A model generated the notes under the pieces. It did no database searches. It was given only the letters and a program-made list of their open reading frames with translations, and was not told where the DNA came from. Positions 17,565-27,714 of a stretch of DNA of 64,000 nt are shown here, piece after piece. The translations under genes and the position numbers were made by a program. The stretch is from a virus. Each line of letters opens with the position of its first letter. Positions within the stretch are counted from its first letter, which is position 1. Location: IMG/VR virus record IMGVR_UViG_3300023184_005191, positions 3,651 to 67,650 of that record; one strand, written 5' to 3'.

Positions 17565-18212
17565 TTATTTAAATGAAACCAAAGAATAAGGATCATCATC
17601 CTCACCCTCATGCAAACCTAACTCCTTTAACTTTTTAATTTGATAACTATCCAATTTAAACTTATCCTCCTCGGTTCTAACCAAAACAGATCCAACTCCC
17701 TCCAACTTCTCAATTTCCTTATCTTCAAATACTGTTCCATAGTATAAAAAATAACAATTGTAACACAACAATTGAACATTCCCTAAATTATAATGTTTAG
17801 TATTCCCATCTCGAAAACGCATTATCAAAGGCATCTTATAATCAGTTATCCTTCTTTCTTGAAATCCACAATCTGTACATTTTTCCTCCAACAATCCGGC
17901 CTCTATCATTCTGTACCTAAGTTTCTCAGGTGAAAAATGAGAGGAGTCAATTCTTCCCTCAACTATGTCTATTATAGCTGGTTCTTTCCTATTGAAAGCA
18001 TCATGTGTTATAAATTTTGGAATCCCTCTACCACATTGGTTTTTATGCATATCAAACAAAGTCTCACCCGTATCCGGGTGAGTATATCGTTTCATAAATG
18101 GTTTTAAATGCTGGTATGAACAGTTTAAATATCGAGCAGCTGCTTTAATGGATTTTGTTTTATCCATTGCCTCCAATATTTGATCCCTAGAGTAAAACTT
18201 TGCTTTAGGCAT
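17565..18212 (-). CDS. HTH + degenerate HNH-fold protein
   Basis: SIKAAARYLNCSY; CTDCG...MPLIMRFRDGN...NVQLLCYNC. Confidence 0.65.
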   Translation of the reverse strand: MPKAKFYSRDQILEAMDKTKSIKAAARYLNCSYQHLKPFMKRYTHPDTGETLFDMHKNQCGRGIPKFITHDAFNRKEPAIIDIVEGRIDSSHFSPEKLRYRMIEAGLLEEKCTDCGFQERRITDYKMPLIMRFRDGNTKHYNLGNVQLLCYNCYFLYYGTVFEDKEIEKLEGVGSVLVRTEEDKFKLDSYQIKKLKELGLHEGEDDDPYSLVSFK

Positions 18213-18487
18213 TACTCCTCTATATTATGTAAATTAACTGGTTCTGATGGTTCATCATCATCACTCTCAAGTTTATCAAACTTTGCTTTCTTTTGGGTTT
18301 TTAAATATTTTTCATATTGATCATCCTCTAAAAATACCACTTCATTATATGTATGGTCTTTTTCCCCAAATGTTGCTACAACTCCTTTTTTAGGCCCAGT
18401 TGTAGAACACCCTACACACGTTCTAGCCCCAGGTAGAGCCTTCAAACGTAATGGGTTAATCTCTATTTTACAGTGAATACAATTCAT
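18212..18487 (-). CDS. TraR/DksA-type C4 zinc finger protein
   Basis: CIHCKIEINPLRLKALPGARTCVGC. Confidence 0.75.
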   Translation of the reverse strand: MNCIHCKIEINPLRLKALPGARTCVGCSTTGPKKGVVATFGEKDHTYNEVVFLEDDQYEKYLKTQKKAKFDKLESDDDEPSEPVNLHNIEE

Positions 18488-18861
18488 ATGTTTCCAGTTA
18501 TAAATTTATACAATTGTGTTGGACTCGAGATCATAGTGTTTGTTCCATCCTCTGAAATAAGGTTATATGTTTTTTCTTTTATTAATTTTCTTTCTGTGCA
18601 CCACCAAATGATTAAACTCGCACCAATTTGCCCATATTTACTCATTAGTAAATCCTCAATTATTTTAAAATATGGATCCTCAAATTCTAACAAATTGATT
18701 CCTAAATTATCCATCTCTAATGTTCTATCATCTATATAAGATAATATCTCTAATAAAGACATAAAGGATTGTTTTTCTCTAAGCTTGATAGATTTTGCAT
18801 TTTCAACTAAAGAAGAACCTCCACCTGCTAACTTTTCCAAATTATTAATATGTATCTCCAT
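18484..18861 (-). CDS. hypothetical protein
   Basis: intact ORF in operon. Confidence 0.6.
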   Translation of the reverse strand: MEIHINNLEKLAGGGSSLVENAKSIKLREKQSFMSLLEILSYIDDRTLEMDNLGINLLEFEDPYFKIIEDLLMSKYGQIGASLIIWWCTERKLIKEKTYNLISEDGTNTMISSPTQLYKFITGNI

Positions 18862-18864
18862 TTT

Positions 18865-19026
18865 TTAAATTAACTCGTGAATCTCAAATAACTTTAGGAA
18901 TTCTTCCTCGGGTAATTGTTTAATGTGAGCTGCTATTTTTGTTGCATCCTCTAAATCAACAGCGGAAAATTTGCTAATGATTTCTTTATTTGGGTCTGAT
19001 TTATGGTAATAAATAAATGTTTTCAT
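18865..19026 (-). CDS. small hypothetical protein (53 aa)
   Basis: MKTFIYYHKSDPNKE...; downstream of the promoter at 19055. Confidence 0.55.
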   Translation of the reverse strand: MKTFIYYHKSDPNKEIISKFSAVDLEDATKIAAHIKQLPEEEFLKLFEIHELI

Positions 19027-19099
19027 AATATATAAATATTCTTTTAACTTCTTAAATATACGAAAGTTTTTTAATAAAGCCTAGTTTTTTAAATAAATA

Positions 19100-19957
19100 T
19101 TAAATAATTTCAAATTCTATATCTACATCTGCTAATCCCCAATCTTGTGTATTTTTGGTTTGGGAAAAATTCTCAACCCATTCCCAAGGATCATTATAGT
19201 GTTGTTTTGAAGGGGATGAACCATCATTCCCCATTCCTGTATGAGATAAATGATATAATGGAAGATCAAAATATGCTTCTAAATTATATCCATTTAAAAC
19301 TGCTTTCTTTTGAACATTTGTATCATTAAAACAAGAATATATCATTTGTTCTTCAAATCCTTTAATATTTTTCCAAACATCCTTATAAGCAAATTGGAAA
19401 TCCCCACAACAATTAATTAAACTATATCTATCATTTGGGGTTACTTGAGCTGGAGAATATCTAGGTTGGCTTTCTATATCTAATTGATCTCTAAGTTCTC
19501 TCCAATTGTCAAATCCTATGTTTTCAAGTTCTGAGTATTCAATGTCTCTTCTAGATACTGAGTAAAATGTATTTTTATTTGTTTTAGATATAAAATCAGT
19601 AAATAATTCTTTTTTAGGAGCAATAATATCCATTGTAGAGCATACTATCCAATCAGCTTCACATCTCTGTAACATTATATTCTGGGATAAAACACCATTA
19701 AATGGGCTTACATTGGGATTATAATTGTTTAATATTTTAGATGTGGATTCATCTATAACAAAATGTCTAATTTTACCTGTTTTTGGAATTTTATCTTTTA
19801 ACTCCCATAAAAGTGGTAGTTTTCCTTGGGGAGTATTCCAATCACAAAACCAAACTTCATCAAATGTTTCTATCATAGAAGTTAAACATGTGATAATTCT
19901 TTCATTTTCTTTATAATTGTCATTACGACATCCTAATAAAATTGCTGTTTTTTCCAT
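19100..19957 (-). CDS. putative GT-A fold glycosyltransferase
   Basis: RNDNY, FCDWN, CCGDFQ, GFEE, LYHLSH; likely start ATG 19957; sugar-cluster context. Confidence 0.6.
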   Translation of the reverse strand: MEKTAILLGCRNDNYKENERIITCLTSMIETFDEVWFCDWNTPQGKLPLLWELKDKIPKTGKIRHFVIDESTSKILNNYNPNVSPFNGVLSQNIMLQRCEADWIVCSTMDIIAPKKELFTDFISKTNKNTFYSVSRRDIEYSELENIGFDNWRELRDQLDIESQPRYSPAQVTPNDRYSLINCCGDFQFAYKDVWKNIKGFEEQMIYSCFNDTNVQKKAVLNGYNLEAYFDLPLYHLSHTGMGNDGSSPSKQHYNDPWEWVENFSQTKNTQDWGLADVDIEFEII

Positions 19958-19968
19958 AATATAAATTA

Positions 19969-20946
19969 TTAAGATTTTTTGTAAAAATTTAACCAATATT
20001 CAATCATTTCATCTAACATTGTTTCAAATGTATATGTAGGTTCCCACCCAATAGATTTTCTTAATTTACTAGAATCACCTTTTAAATCACGTAATTCTTC
20101 AGGTCTAAGATATCTTTCATCTTGAATAACATAATCTTTCCAATTTAAATCTAAACTTGTAAAAACATAATCACATAAATCTTTAACAGAATGAGAAATA
20201 CCAGTAGAACAAACATAATCATCAGGTTTTTCTTGTTGTAATATCATCCACATAGCCTCCACATAATCTTTAGCATGACCCCAATCTCTAGTAGCATCCA
20301 AATTACCCAATTTAAGATTATTTGATAATCCTAATTTAATTTTAACTGCTTCTTTTACAACTTTGTTTGTTACAAAATTAGTTCCACGTCTTGGAGATTC
20401 ATGGTTAAATAAAATCCCATTCGAAACAAACATATCATATGAATGTCTGTAATTTCTGCTAATATTATAAGCAAATACCTTAGCACATCCATAAGGTGAT
20501 ACTGGGTTTAATTGGGTTGTTTCTCTTTGAAATCCATCCTCATCTATAGTATTTCCAAACATCTCCGAAGAGGAAGCTTGGTATAATTTTATTTTTGGAT
20601 TTATTAATCTAACAGCTTCTAACACATTTAAAGTTCCAATTCCAGTAGCTTGTGCTGTGTATACTGGTTGGTCAAATGATATAGCAACGTGGGATTGGGC
20701 CCCTAAATTATATATTTCATCTGGAGAATATTTAATGATTACTCTAATGATTGATGCTAAATCAGTTAAATCTACATATTCGAGTTTTATTTTATCAATG
20801 ACTGGGTCTAAACGATATGTTTGATTTTCTGCTACTGAATTTCTTTTTAAGGTTCCAATTATTGTGTATCCCTTTTCTATTAAAAATTCAGCCAAATATG
20901 ATCCATCCTGTCCATTAATTCCAGTTATTAGTGCTATTTTACCCAT
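19969..20946 (-). CDS. gmd: GDP-mannose 4,6-dehydratase
   Basis: ALITGINGQDGSYLAE, AQSHV, QASSSEMFG, SPYGCAK, ILFNHESPRRG, RDWGHAKDY. Confidence 0.96.
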   Translation of the reverse strand: MGKIALITGINGQDGSYLAEFLIEKGYTIIGTLKRNSVAENQTYRLDPVIDKIKLEYVDLTDLASIIRVIIKYSPDEIYNLGAQSHVAISFDQPVYTAQATGIGTLNVLEAVRLINPKIKLYQASSSEMFGNTIDEDGFQRETTQLNPVSPYGCAKVFAYNISRNYRHSYDMFVSNGILFNHESPRRGTNFVTNKVVKEAVKIKLGLSNNLKLGNLDATRDWGHAKDYVEAMWMILQQEKPDDYVCSTGISHSVKDLCDYVFTSLDLNWKDYVIQDERYLRPEELRDLKGDSSKLRKSIGWEPTYTFETMLDEMIEYWLNFYKKS

Positions 20947-22090
20947 TATTGACAATTTTAATAATTAAATTTATTTCTTCTTTAGTTAAGTCTTGATGAT
21001 TAGGAATATAAAATCCAAATTCATTTATAAATTTACAATTTTTTAATTCAATATCCCCATAATTTTCATAATAAAATGGCTTTTTAGATAAATCCCCAGC
21101 TATTAAAGGTCTACATTCTATATTATTTTCCATTAAATTTTTAATTATGTTAATTTTATTTTTATGAACAATAGGCATTGCAAAATTTGAGATAAAATCT
21201 TCAGAATTAATATTTAAATCCAACTCATTGTTTTTTATACCATTCATATAATAATAGAAATTTTTATTTCTTAATGTTGAAAAATTATCTAGTTTATCTA
21301 TTGCTCTTATTCCTATAAATGCTTGAAGATCTGTTGATCTTAAATTCATTCCAGGAAGATAAAAATTATATAGATTATCAAAATCATTCAAATTATATTT
21401 TTCCTTTAATTCTTTTTGTTTATGTATTGGGAGGTCTCTAGCCCATCCATGACTTCTCATCATCAATAATGAATAATAAAATTCTTCATCATCTGTATTA
21501 ATAAATCCACCTTCAATAGTGCTTAAATGATGTCCAAAGTACATTGAGAAAAAAGAAGCTAATCCAAACGTTCCTAAATATTTTTCCTTATATTTAGATC
21601 CCATACTCTCACAAACATCTTCCAAAAGTAAAACATCATATTGGTGGCATAATTCTAAAATTTTCTCCATGTTTGGAACTAACCCTAATACAGATACTAA
21701 TATAAGAACACTAGGTGACTCTGTTTTAAAAATTTCTTCTAAATGTTCTAAATCACAAGATAAATCATTTAAATTACAATCACATAAAACAGGTTTTAAA
21801 CCCAATAATATAGGTGAGGATAAATCAGTAGCCCAACTTAATGAAGGAACTACTACTTTATTATTTTTTAGACGATTAGTATGTTTTAGAGCAGCTAATG
21901 TTAATAAAATAGATGAAGATCCTGAATTTACAAATACTGAATACTTAGTTCCTAATTTTTTAGCCCATTTTTCTTCTAGTTCAAGGGTTAGATTTCCTTT
22001 GGTAAGTTTAGGTATCTCATCTTGAGATAACCATTCAATTAAATGATTAATATCATTCTTATCTATTGTATCGCTAACTAATTTAATCAT
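20939..22090 (-). CDS. DegT/DnrJ-family PLP enzyme, ColD-like 3-dehydratase
   Basis: VNSGSS, EDVCESMG, FSMYFGHHLSTIEGG (His at the usual Schiff-base Lys position). Confidence 0.8.
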   Translation of the reverse strand: MIKLVSDTIDKNDINHLIEWLSQDEIPKLTKGNLTLELEEKWAKKLGTKYSVFVNSGSSSILLTLAALKHTNRLKNNKVVVPSLSWATDLSSPILLGLKPVLCDCNLNDLSCDLEHLEEIFKTESPSVLILVSVLGLVPNMEKILELCHQYDVLLLEDVCESMGSKYKEKYLGTFGLASFFSMYFGHHLSTIEGGFINTDDEEFYYSLLMMRSHGWARDLPIHKQKELKEKYNLNDFDNLYNFYLPGMNLRSTDLQAFIGIRAIDKLDNFSTLRNKNFYYYMNGIKNNELDLNINSEDFISNFAMPIVHKNKINIIKNLMENNIECRPLIAGDLSKKPFYYENYGDIELKNCKFINEFGFYIPNHQDLTKEEINLIIKIVNNG

Positions 22091-22093
22091 AAT

Positions 22094-23098
22094 TTATTTA
22101 TACTGGTTAATATATTTCATCCATTCTATAACGTTTTCTAATCCTGTTTCAAGCTTGATAAAATTTTGTTTATTAAATTCATTAATATATTTTTCTGAGC
22201 TAATATTAACTATTTTAGGACTACCTATTAAATTGGATGAGTTTGTTGGGGTAAGGATTGGTTTGTTTAGTTTAGTACCTATATTAATAGCTAATTCCTT
22301 AATAGATATATTTGAAAAACCACTTACATTATATGTTATTTCATTACCATGTAATAATATATTCCAAAACATTTCAACAACATCAGTAATATAACAATAT
22401 GTTCTAAGAGCAGATCCATCATCCATCAATTCAATAGTATTATTATTTAATCCTTTATCTATTATACTATTTAATACTCTTAAATCCCCTAATTTAGTAA
22501 AAGGACCATATGCTAAACTTAATCTAGCTATTTTTATATCATATCCTGAAGTAATGTAACTATGACATATAGTTTCTCCACATCGTTTAGATTCAATATA
22601 GCATGCTCTATTATGAGATGGAGTTGTAGTTCCAATTTGAGATTCATCAATATTAAAACTATCATTTCCACTATATATTTCACTTGTACTTACAAATAAA
22701 AATTTACCATCTGGTTTTAATGAGTCTAATAAATTAATGGTAGCATGAGTATTAATTTTAATAGTAGTTAAACTATCACTAAGAAATTTCATTGGTTGAG
22801 CATATCCTGATGAATGAATAATCACATCAAAAAACTTAGGTTCTAATTTAACAGATGTTATATCCTCTTTAATTTCTGTGTAAGGAAAATTATAATATTC
22901 CTTTAAATATTCTGGAATTGAATTTTTGTAAGATAAGTATAGATCAATATTAAATTCACTTTGAAGTTTTTTAATACATTGAGCTAAGTAAAATCCTACT
23001 AACCCAGATGCCCCTGTAATGAGGACTTTTTTATTTTGTAGTGCTGAAAAATCAATATTTTTTACTACGTTATCAATATCTTTATTTAAGAAATCCAT
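22094..23098 (-). CDS. NAD-dependent epimerase/dehydratase (extended SDR)
   Basis: ITGASGLVG, STSEIY, YIESKR, RTYCYITD. Confidence 0.88.
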   Translation of the reverse strand: MDFLNKDIDNVVKNIDFSALQNKKVLITGASGLVGFYLAQCIKKLQSEFNIDLYLSYKNSIPEYLKEYYNFPYTEIKEDITSVKLEPKFFDVIIHSSGYAQPMKFLSDSLTTIKINTHATINLLDSLKPDGKFLFVSTSEIYSGNDSFNIDESQIGTTTPSHNRACYIESKRCGETICHSYITSGYDIKIARLSLAYGPFTKLGDLRVLNSIIDKGLNNNTIELMDDGSALRTYCYITDVVEMFWNILLHGNEITYNVSGFSNISIKELAINIGTKLNKPILTPTNSSNLIGSPKIVNISSEKYINEFNKQNFIKLETGLENVIEWMKYINQYK

Positions 23099-23970
23099 TA
23101 TATAAGTTTATTAAATTTGTCTTTAAGTGAATCAACATCTAGCCCTAATAATTTATCTATTTGAGGTTTTTTTCCATAAGATAATATAAATTCTCTAGGT
23201 ATCCCAATGTTAGTTAACTTATATGATATTCCTTCTAAGGCTTTAGTAACAAAATAATTAGTAGAACCTTCATAAAACGGTTCACAAATTATGATATTAT
23301 CATTGAAATGTTTTTTTAATGTTTCATCATCAAATGGAACAATTGTGGAATAATATAATAAAGTAACATCTATGTCTTTAACAGCTTCATATACTGGAGT
23401 TAGCATATTACCATAACATATAATAAGGGCTTTATTACCTTCTTTAATAACATTTGCTTTACCAAATATGACTTCAAAATCTAAATTATGTTCATATTCA
23501 CTAAGTCTAAAATAAGTAGGAGCTTCATTATTATAAGTTTGGGAAAATAAACTATCAAATTCTTTTGAACTTCCAGGAGATATTATCTGCATGTTTGGGA
23601 TGGTTGATAATATAGAAACATCACCCGGACAATGATGTGTACATCCTAAACCAGCATAATCATATGAATTTCCAATGCTGATAAAATTGCCATTTAGGTT
23701 TTGGTATCCAAAATCTGTTTTTAATTGTTCAAATGCTCGTTCAACTATAAAAGGTGCTATAGTATGTACAACAGGTATCATATTAGCTTTACTCATTCCA
23801 GATGCTAAACTAATTGTTGATTGTTCTAAAATTCCTATATTATATGTTCGGTCGGGGTACAGTTCAAAACATTTGGAAAATCCAAACACCCCTATATCAC
23901 CTAAAAGAAGACATAAATTATCATCTTTTGACATGGTGTCTTGAATTGTTGTTACAAATTGTTTTCTCAT
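23098..23970 (-). CDS. transketolase, C-terminal (pyrimidine-binding) subunit
   Basis: YPDRTYNIGILEQ, ERAFEQ, GCTHH, PTYFRL. Confidence 0.88.
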   Translation of the reverse strand: MRKQFVTTIQDTMSKDDNLCLLLGDIGVFGFSKCFELYPDRTYNIGILEQSTISLASGMSKANMIPVVHTIAPFIVERAFEQLKTDFGYQNLNGNFISIGNSYDYAGLGCTHHCPGDVSILSTIPNMQIISPGSSKEFDSLFSQTYNNEAPTYFRLSEYEHNLDFEVIFGKANVIKEGNKALIICYGNMLTPVYEAVKDIDVTLLYYSTIVPFDDETLKKHFNDNIIICEPFYEGSTNYFVTKALEGISYKLTNIGIPREFILSYGKKPQIDKLLGLDVDSLKDKFNKLI

Positions 23971-24530
23971 TATTTTTTATTAAAATAAAACCAACTTCCA
24001 TCCATAAACGTAGCTACTGGAATTTCATTAAAATGCTCATTAAGGGCTCTTGAAATTGGTTCAAAGTTACAATCATGACCTGCTATAATTCCTCCATTTT
24101 TAACTTTTTTAGACCAATTAACTAAATCTTCTTTTATGGATGAATACTGGTGGTTTCCATCAATATACACAAAATCTATACTATCATCAGAAATTAGAGA
24201 AGAATATTGAGATGAAGGCATTTTATTTTTTCTCATATTAGGATATCTTTCCATTACAGATTCAAAAATCTTTTCTGCTTCCATTAATTCTAATGCTTGT
24301 CTATTAAGATCCCAAGTATAATCATCTTCTGTATATTGTTCCCAAGGATCAACACAATTCAAAATACTTCCAGGAAAACTTCCAGCAATAATCTCTCCAC
24401 TAGCTCCACAATATGAACCAATTTCTACTATTTGTAATCCATTATCACCCAGGTAAGATTTAATACTATTACATAATTCTAAAAGTCCTTGTTTTTGAGT
24501 GTCTTCTCTCATTTTATAAGTTAATTCCAT
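23970..24530 (-). CDS. class I SAM-dependent methyltransferase
   Basis: VEIGSYCGAS, VDPW, DFVYIDGNH, GGIIAGHD. Confidence 0.85.
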   Translation of the reverse strand: MELTYKMREDTQKQGLLELCNSIKSYLGDNGLQIVEIGSYCGASGEIIAGSFPGSILNCVDPWEQYTEDDYTWDLNRQALELMEAEKIFESVMERYPNMRKNKMPSSQYSSLISDDSIDFVYIDGNHQYSSIKEDLVNWSKKVKNGGIIAGHDCNFEPISRALNEHFNEIPVATFMDGSWFYFNKK

Positions 24531-24543
24531 TTTTATTTTATTA

Positions 24544-25302
24544 TTAATTATTATTTAATTCATTAATTATATCTTGATATTCTATTTCATTTGGAAATTT
24601 ATGATGCCATTCTGGGTTGTTTTCTATCATAGATATTCCTTTTCCTTTTATAGTGTTTGCTATAATACAAGTTGGTTTGGAGGTTGGGTTGGTCAATGTT
24701 GATAATATTTGATCATGATTATGCCCATCTATTTCGAATACATCCCATCCAAATGATAAAAATTTCATATGTAAATTTCCTAAATCTACTGCTCTATCAG
24801 TGGAATGGTTAAAATCAATTATGCAACATAAATTATCAAGATTATGATGTTTGGCTAACAATGCTGATTCCCATATAGTTCCTTCATTTGACTCTCCATC
24901 ACCTACTATAACATATACTTTACCTTTATATTTTTTAATTTTATAAGCTAAAGCTAATCCAACTCCAATAGGCAAACCATGTCCTAAAGAACCAGTAGAT
25001 GATTCTACTCCAAATATTTTATCTGTTGGGTGTCCACCTAATTTACTATTTAAATCACAGAATGTGTCTAAATCATCTTTAAGTAAGTTAAAATGATCTA
25101 ATATTACATATAAACCTAAAGAAGCATGCCCTTTACTTAAAATAAAACGATCTCTATCTATTTTATTTTTTTTAATACTATCAATATCTAGAACTTTATC
25201 ATATAAAACGTACATTATATCCAATATGGATAATGAACTTGGGATATGTCCTTCTTTTTTTAAAGTAGCTATATCTACTATTTTTTCTTTTAATTTATTC
25301 AT
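24544..25302 (-). CDS. transketolase, N-terminal (ThDP-binding) subunit
   Basis: GHIPSSLS, DRFILSKGHA, TGSLGHG, GDGESNEG, TIKGKG. Confidence 0.9.
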   Translation of the reverse strand: MNKLKEKIVDIATLKKEGHIPSSLSILDIMYVLYDKVLDIDSIKKNKIDRDRFILSKGHASLGLYVILDHFNLLKDDLDTFCDLNSKLGGHPTDKIFGVESSTGSLGHGLPIGVGLALAYKIKKYKGKVYVIVGDGESNEGTIWESALLAKHHNLDNLCCIIDFNHSTDRAVDLGNLHMKFLSFGWDVFEIDGHNHDQILSTLTNPTSKPTCIIANTIKGKGISMIENNPEWHHKFPNEIEYQDIINELNNN

Positions 25303-25800
25303 TTACAATAATTTAGCAGTGCTGTCTCTTAAAGATAATAATGGATTTTTAATAGGCCACGAAATATTAATTTTTGGATCATTCCATTTTAATGTAAATT
25401 GTTCATCAACATCTGGATAATTTCCTGGGTATGCCCATTTATAGTGGAGTAAGGCTATATCACTTAATACCATAAATCCAATTGCAAAGTCAGGTGGGGT
25501 TAAAACTTGTTTTCTTGTTTTATCATCTAAAATTATAGAATCCCATTTTAAATAATTGGGGGAATCTACTCTATTATCTACAACTACAAAAAACATCTCT
25601 CCATGTAAACATGATGTTAACTTCCATGATTTATTATCACCATGCATTCCTCTTAAAACATATTGTGATGATGATGAAATTTTATCATGTTTAAAATCCA
25701 TTGGTGGATTAAAATGATCTCTATTCCATAGAGTTAACAAATCACCTCTAAGATCAGTGTATACATCTGGTTGGTATATTTTTACTTCTGGGAATATCAT
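25303..25800 (-). CDS. rmlC: dTDP-4-dehydrorhamnose 3,5-epimerase family
   Basis: DLRG, VLRGMHG, VVVDNR, WNDPKINISWP, LSLRD. Confidence 0.85.
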   Translation of the reverse strand: MIFPEVKIYQPDVYTDLRGDLLTLWNRDHFNPPMDFKHDKISSSSQYVLRGMHGDNKSWKLTSCLHGEMFFVVVDNRVDSPNYLKWDSIILDDKTRKQVLTPPDFAIGFMVLSDIALLHYKWAYPGNYPDVDEQFTLKWNDPKINISWPIKNPLLSLRDSTAKLL

Positions 25801-26588
25801 ATTTCGATTATATTTTGGTTTGGGAATTGGAAATGGCAGATTCCTTCTATCATTATATTTTTATGGGATGGATCTCCTATTTGATATACTTTAATAGCTT
25901 CACATAAATTTTTATATATATCTAAATGTACGAATGATTTTTTAGATAGACTATTTCTTTTAACACATTCTTTAATAAAATTTTCACATGACCAATTTTC
26001 AATATATTCCCAAATTTTTCCGTTGTAATTATTTATTGTTTTTGAATATTCATATGTCTTATCAAGATATGCTTTATCATTCAGATAATCGCTTTTATTA
26101 ACATTTATAAAATAAAAATTTGATTGGGGATAGAAATATTCTGTATAAAGTTTTTCATAATCAAAATTATTCAAATACAATGTTTCATATGATATACCAT
26201 CTAAATAATAGAAATCTGCTTCTTCTATTTCTTTCTTTAAAATGGTTTCTTGAAAAATAACATCATTTGCTGATTTGCAGAGCCATTCTTCATTATTTTC
26301 TTTGCACCAATCAAATACCATGTTATCCAAATCAGCAGTACCAAAATTATGGCCTCGGTTTACTTCAGAGTCTATTATAATACAATTTGGAAAATATTTT
26401 TTCCATAATTGAGTATTTTTATTCTGTAATGGAGAACCATAATTAGTAGCAACAACAATTTGTTTAAATTCCTCTAAAACTGGGGAATTGTACAGAATAT
26501 ATGATTCTAGGGTATCTAAATCATCTTGGGATGTAATGTATCCTATAGTTCCATATACTGTTTTATTAATAAGTTGCTTTAAATTCAT
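25797..26588 (-). CDS. hypothetical, possibly glycosyltransferase-related
   Basis: intact ORF within the sugar operon. Confidence 0.55.
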   Translation of the reverse strand: MNLKQLINKTVYGTIGYITSQDDLDTLESYILYNSPVLEEFKQIVVATNYGSPLQNKNTQLWKKYFPNCIIIDSEVNRGHNFGTADLDNMVFDWCKENNEEWLCKSANDVIFQETILKKEIEEADFYYLDGISYETLYLNNFDYEKLYTEYFYPQSNFYFINVNKSDYLNDKAYLDKTYEYSKTINNYNGKIWEYIENWSCENFIKECVKRNSLSKKSFVHLDIYKNLCEAIKVYQIGDPSHKNIMIEGICHFQFPNQNIIEI

Positions 26589-26604
26589 TCTAAGTAATTA
26601 AATT

Positions 26605-27714
26605 TTAAATATTTTTTTCTGTTTGAATCAAATTTAAAGCTGATTCAATGATTTGGTGCATGTCATAATATTTGTATTCTGCTAATCTTCCCCCAAATAT
26701 TGTATTTTTTTCATTATCTCCTAAACTTTTGTATTTTTTATATTTAATATTATTTTTAATATCATTTACAGGATAATAAGGTTCAGTTTTTTTAGCATTA
26801 TATTCAACCGGGTATTCTTCTGTTATCCAAGTATGTTTAGATTCAATATTTTCAAAATGCTTATGTTCAATAATTCTAGTGAATGGAACTTTATATTCAG
26901 TAAAATTCATCATAGCTGTACCTTGAAAATTAGAGGTATTTTCTAAAAATATATGTTTAAAATTAGTAGTTTTATACTCTAACTCTCCAAATTGATAATT
27001 AAAGTAAGCATCAATAGGTCCAGTATATATAACTTTATCAGTTTGATTATTCCAATAATCTTTATCTTTAAGATAATCAACACCTAATTTAACCTCAATA
27101 CCATCTAATAATTTTTCAAATATTTGAGTATAACCTCCAATTGGGATTCCTTGATATCTGTCATTAAAATAATTATTATCATATGTAAATCTAACAGGGA
27201 GTCTTTTTATTATTTCTTTTGGTAAAAATTTAGGGTCTTTTTTCCATTGTTTATGAGTATAACCTTTAATTAGTTTTTCATAAACATCTATACCAACTAA
27301 TTTAATTGCTTGTTCTTCTAAATTAGTAGGTTCAATAATGTGATTACCTTGAGATTCAATAATATATTTGGCTTCATCAGGACGGGTTATATTCCATAAC
27401 TTAGAAAAGGTCCACATATTAAATGGTAAAGAATAAATTTCTCCTTTATAGTTAGCTACAGGTCTTAAAGTAAAATCATTAAAAGATGCAAACTGGTTAA
27501 TCCATTTCCATATATCTTGATTTGATGTATGAAATATATGAGGGCCATATTCATGGATATTTATTCCATCTTTGTTAGAAGTATAACAATTACCCGCAAT
27601 GTGATTTCGTTTTTCTAAAACTAAACATTTATAACCTTTTTTAGTTAATTCATGAGCACAAATAGAACCAAAAAATCCTGCACCAACTATTATATAATTA
27701 TATTTCATATGCAT
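26605..27714 (-). CDS. glf: UDP-galactopyranose mutase
   Basis: IVGAGFFG, HEYGPHIFHT, YFNDRYQGIP, EPYYPVN, GRLAEYKYYDMHQ. Confidence 0.96.
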   Translation of the reverse strand: MHMKYNYIIVGAGFFGSICAHELTKKGYKCLVLEKRNHIAGNCYTSNKDGINIHEYGPHIFHTSNQDIWKWINQFASFNDFTLRPVANYKGEIYSLPFNMWTFSKLWNITRPDEAKYIIESQGNHIIEPTNLEEQAIKLVGIDVYEKLIKGYTHKQWKKDPKFLPKEIIKRLPVRFTYDNNYFNDRYQGIPIGGYTQIFEKLLDGIEVKLGVDYLKDKDYWNNQTDKVIYTGPIDAYFNYQFGELEYKTTNFKHIFLENTSNFQGTAMMNFTEYKVPFTRIIEHKHFENIESKHTWITEEYPVEYNAKKTEPYYPVNDIKNNIKYKKYKSLGDNEKNTIFGGRLAEYKYYDMHQIIESALNLIQTEKNI

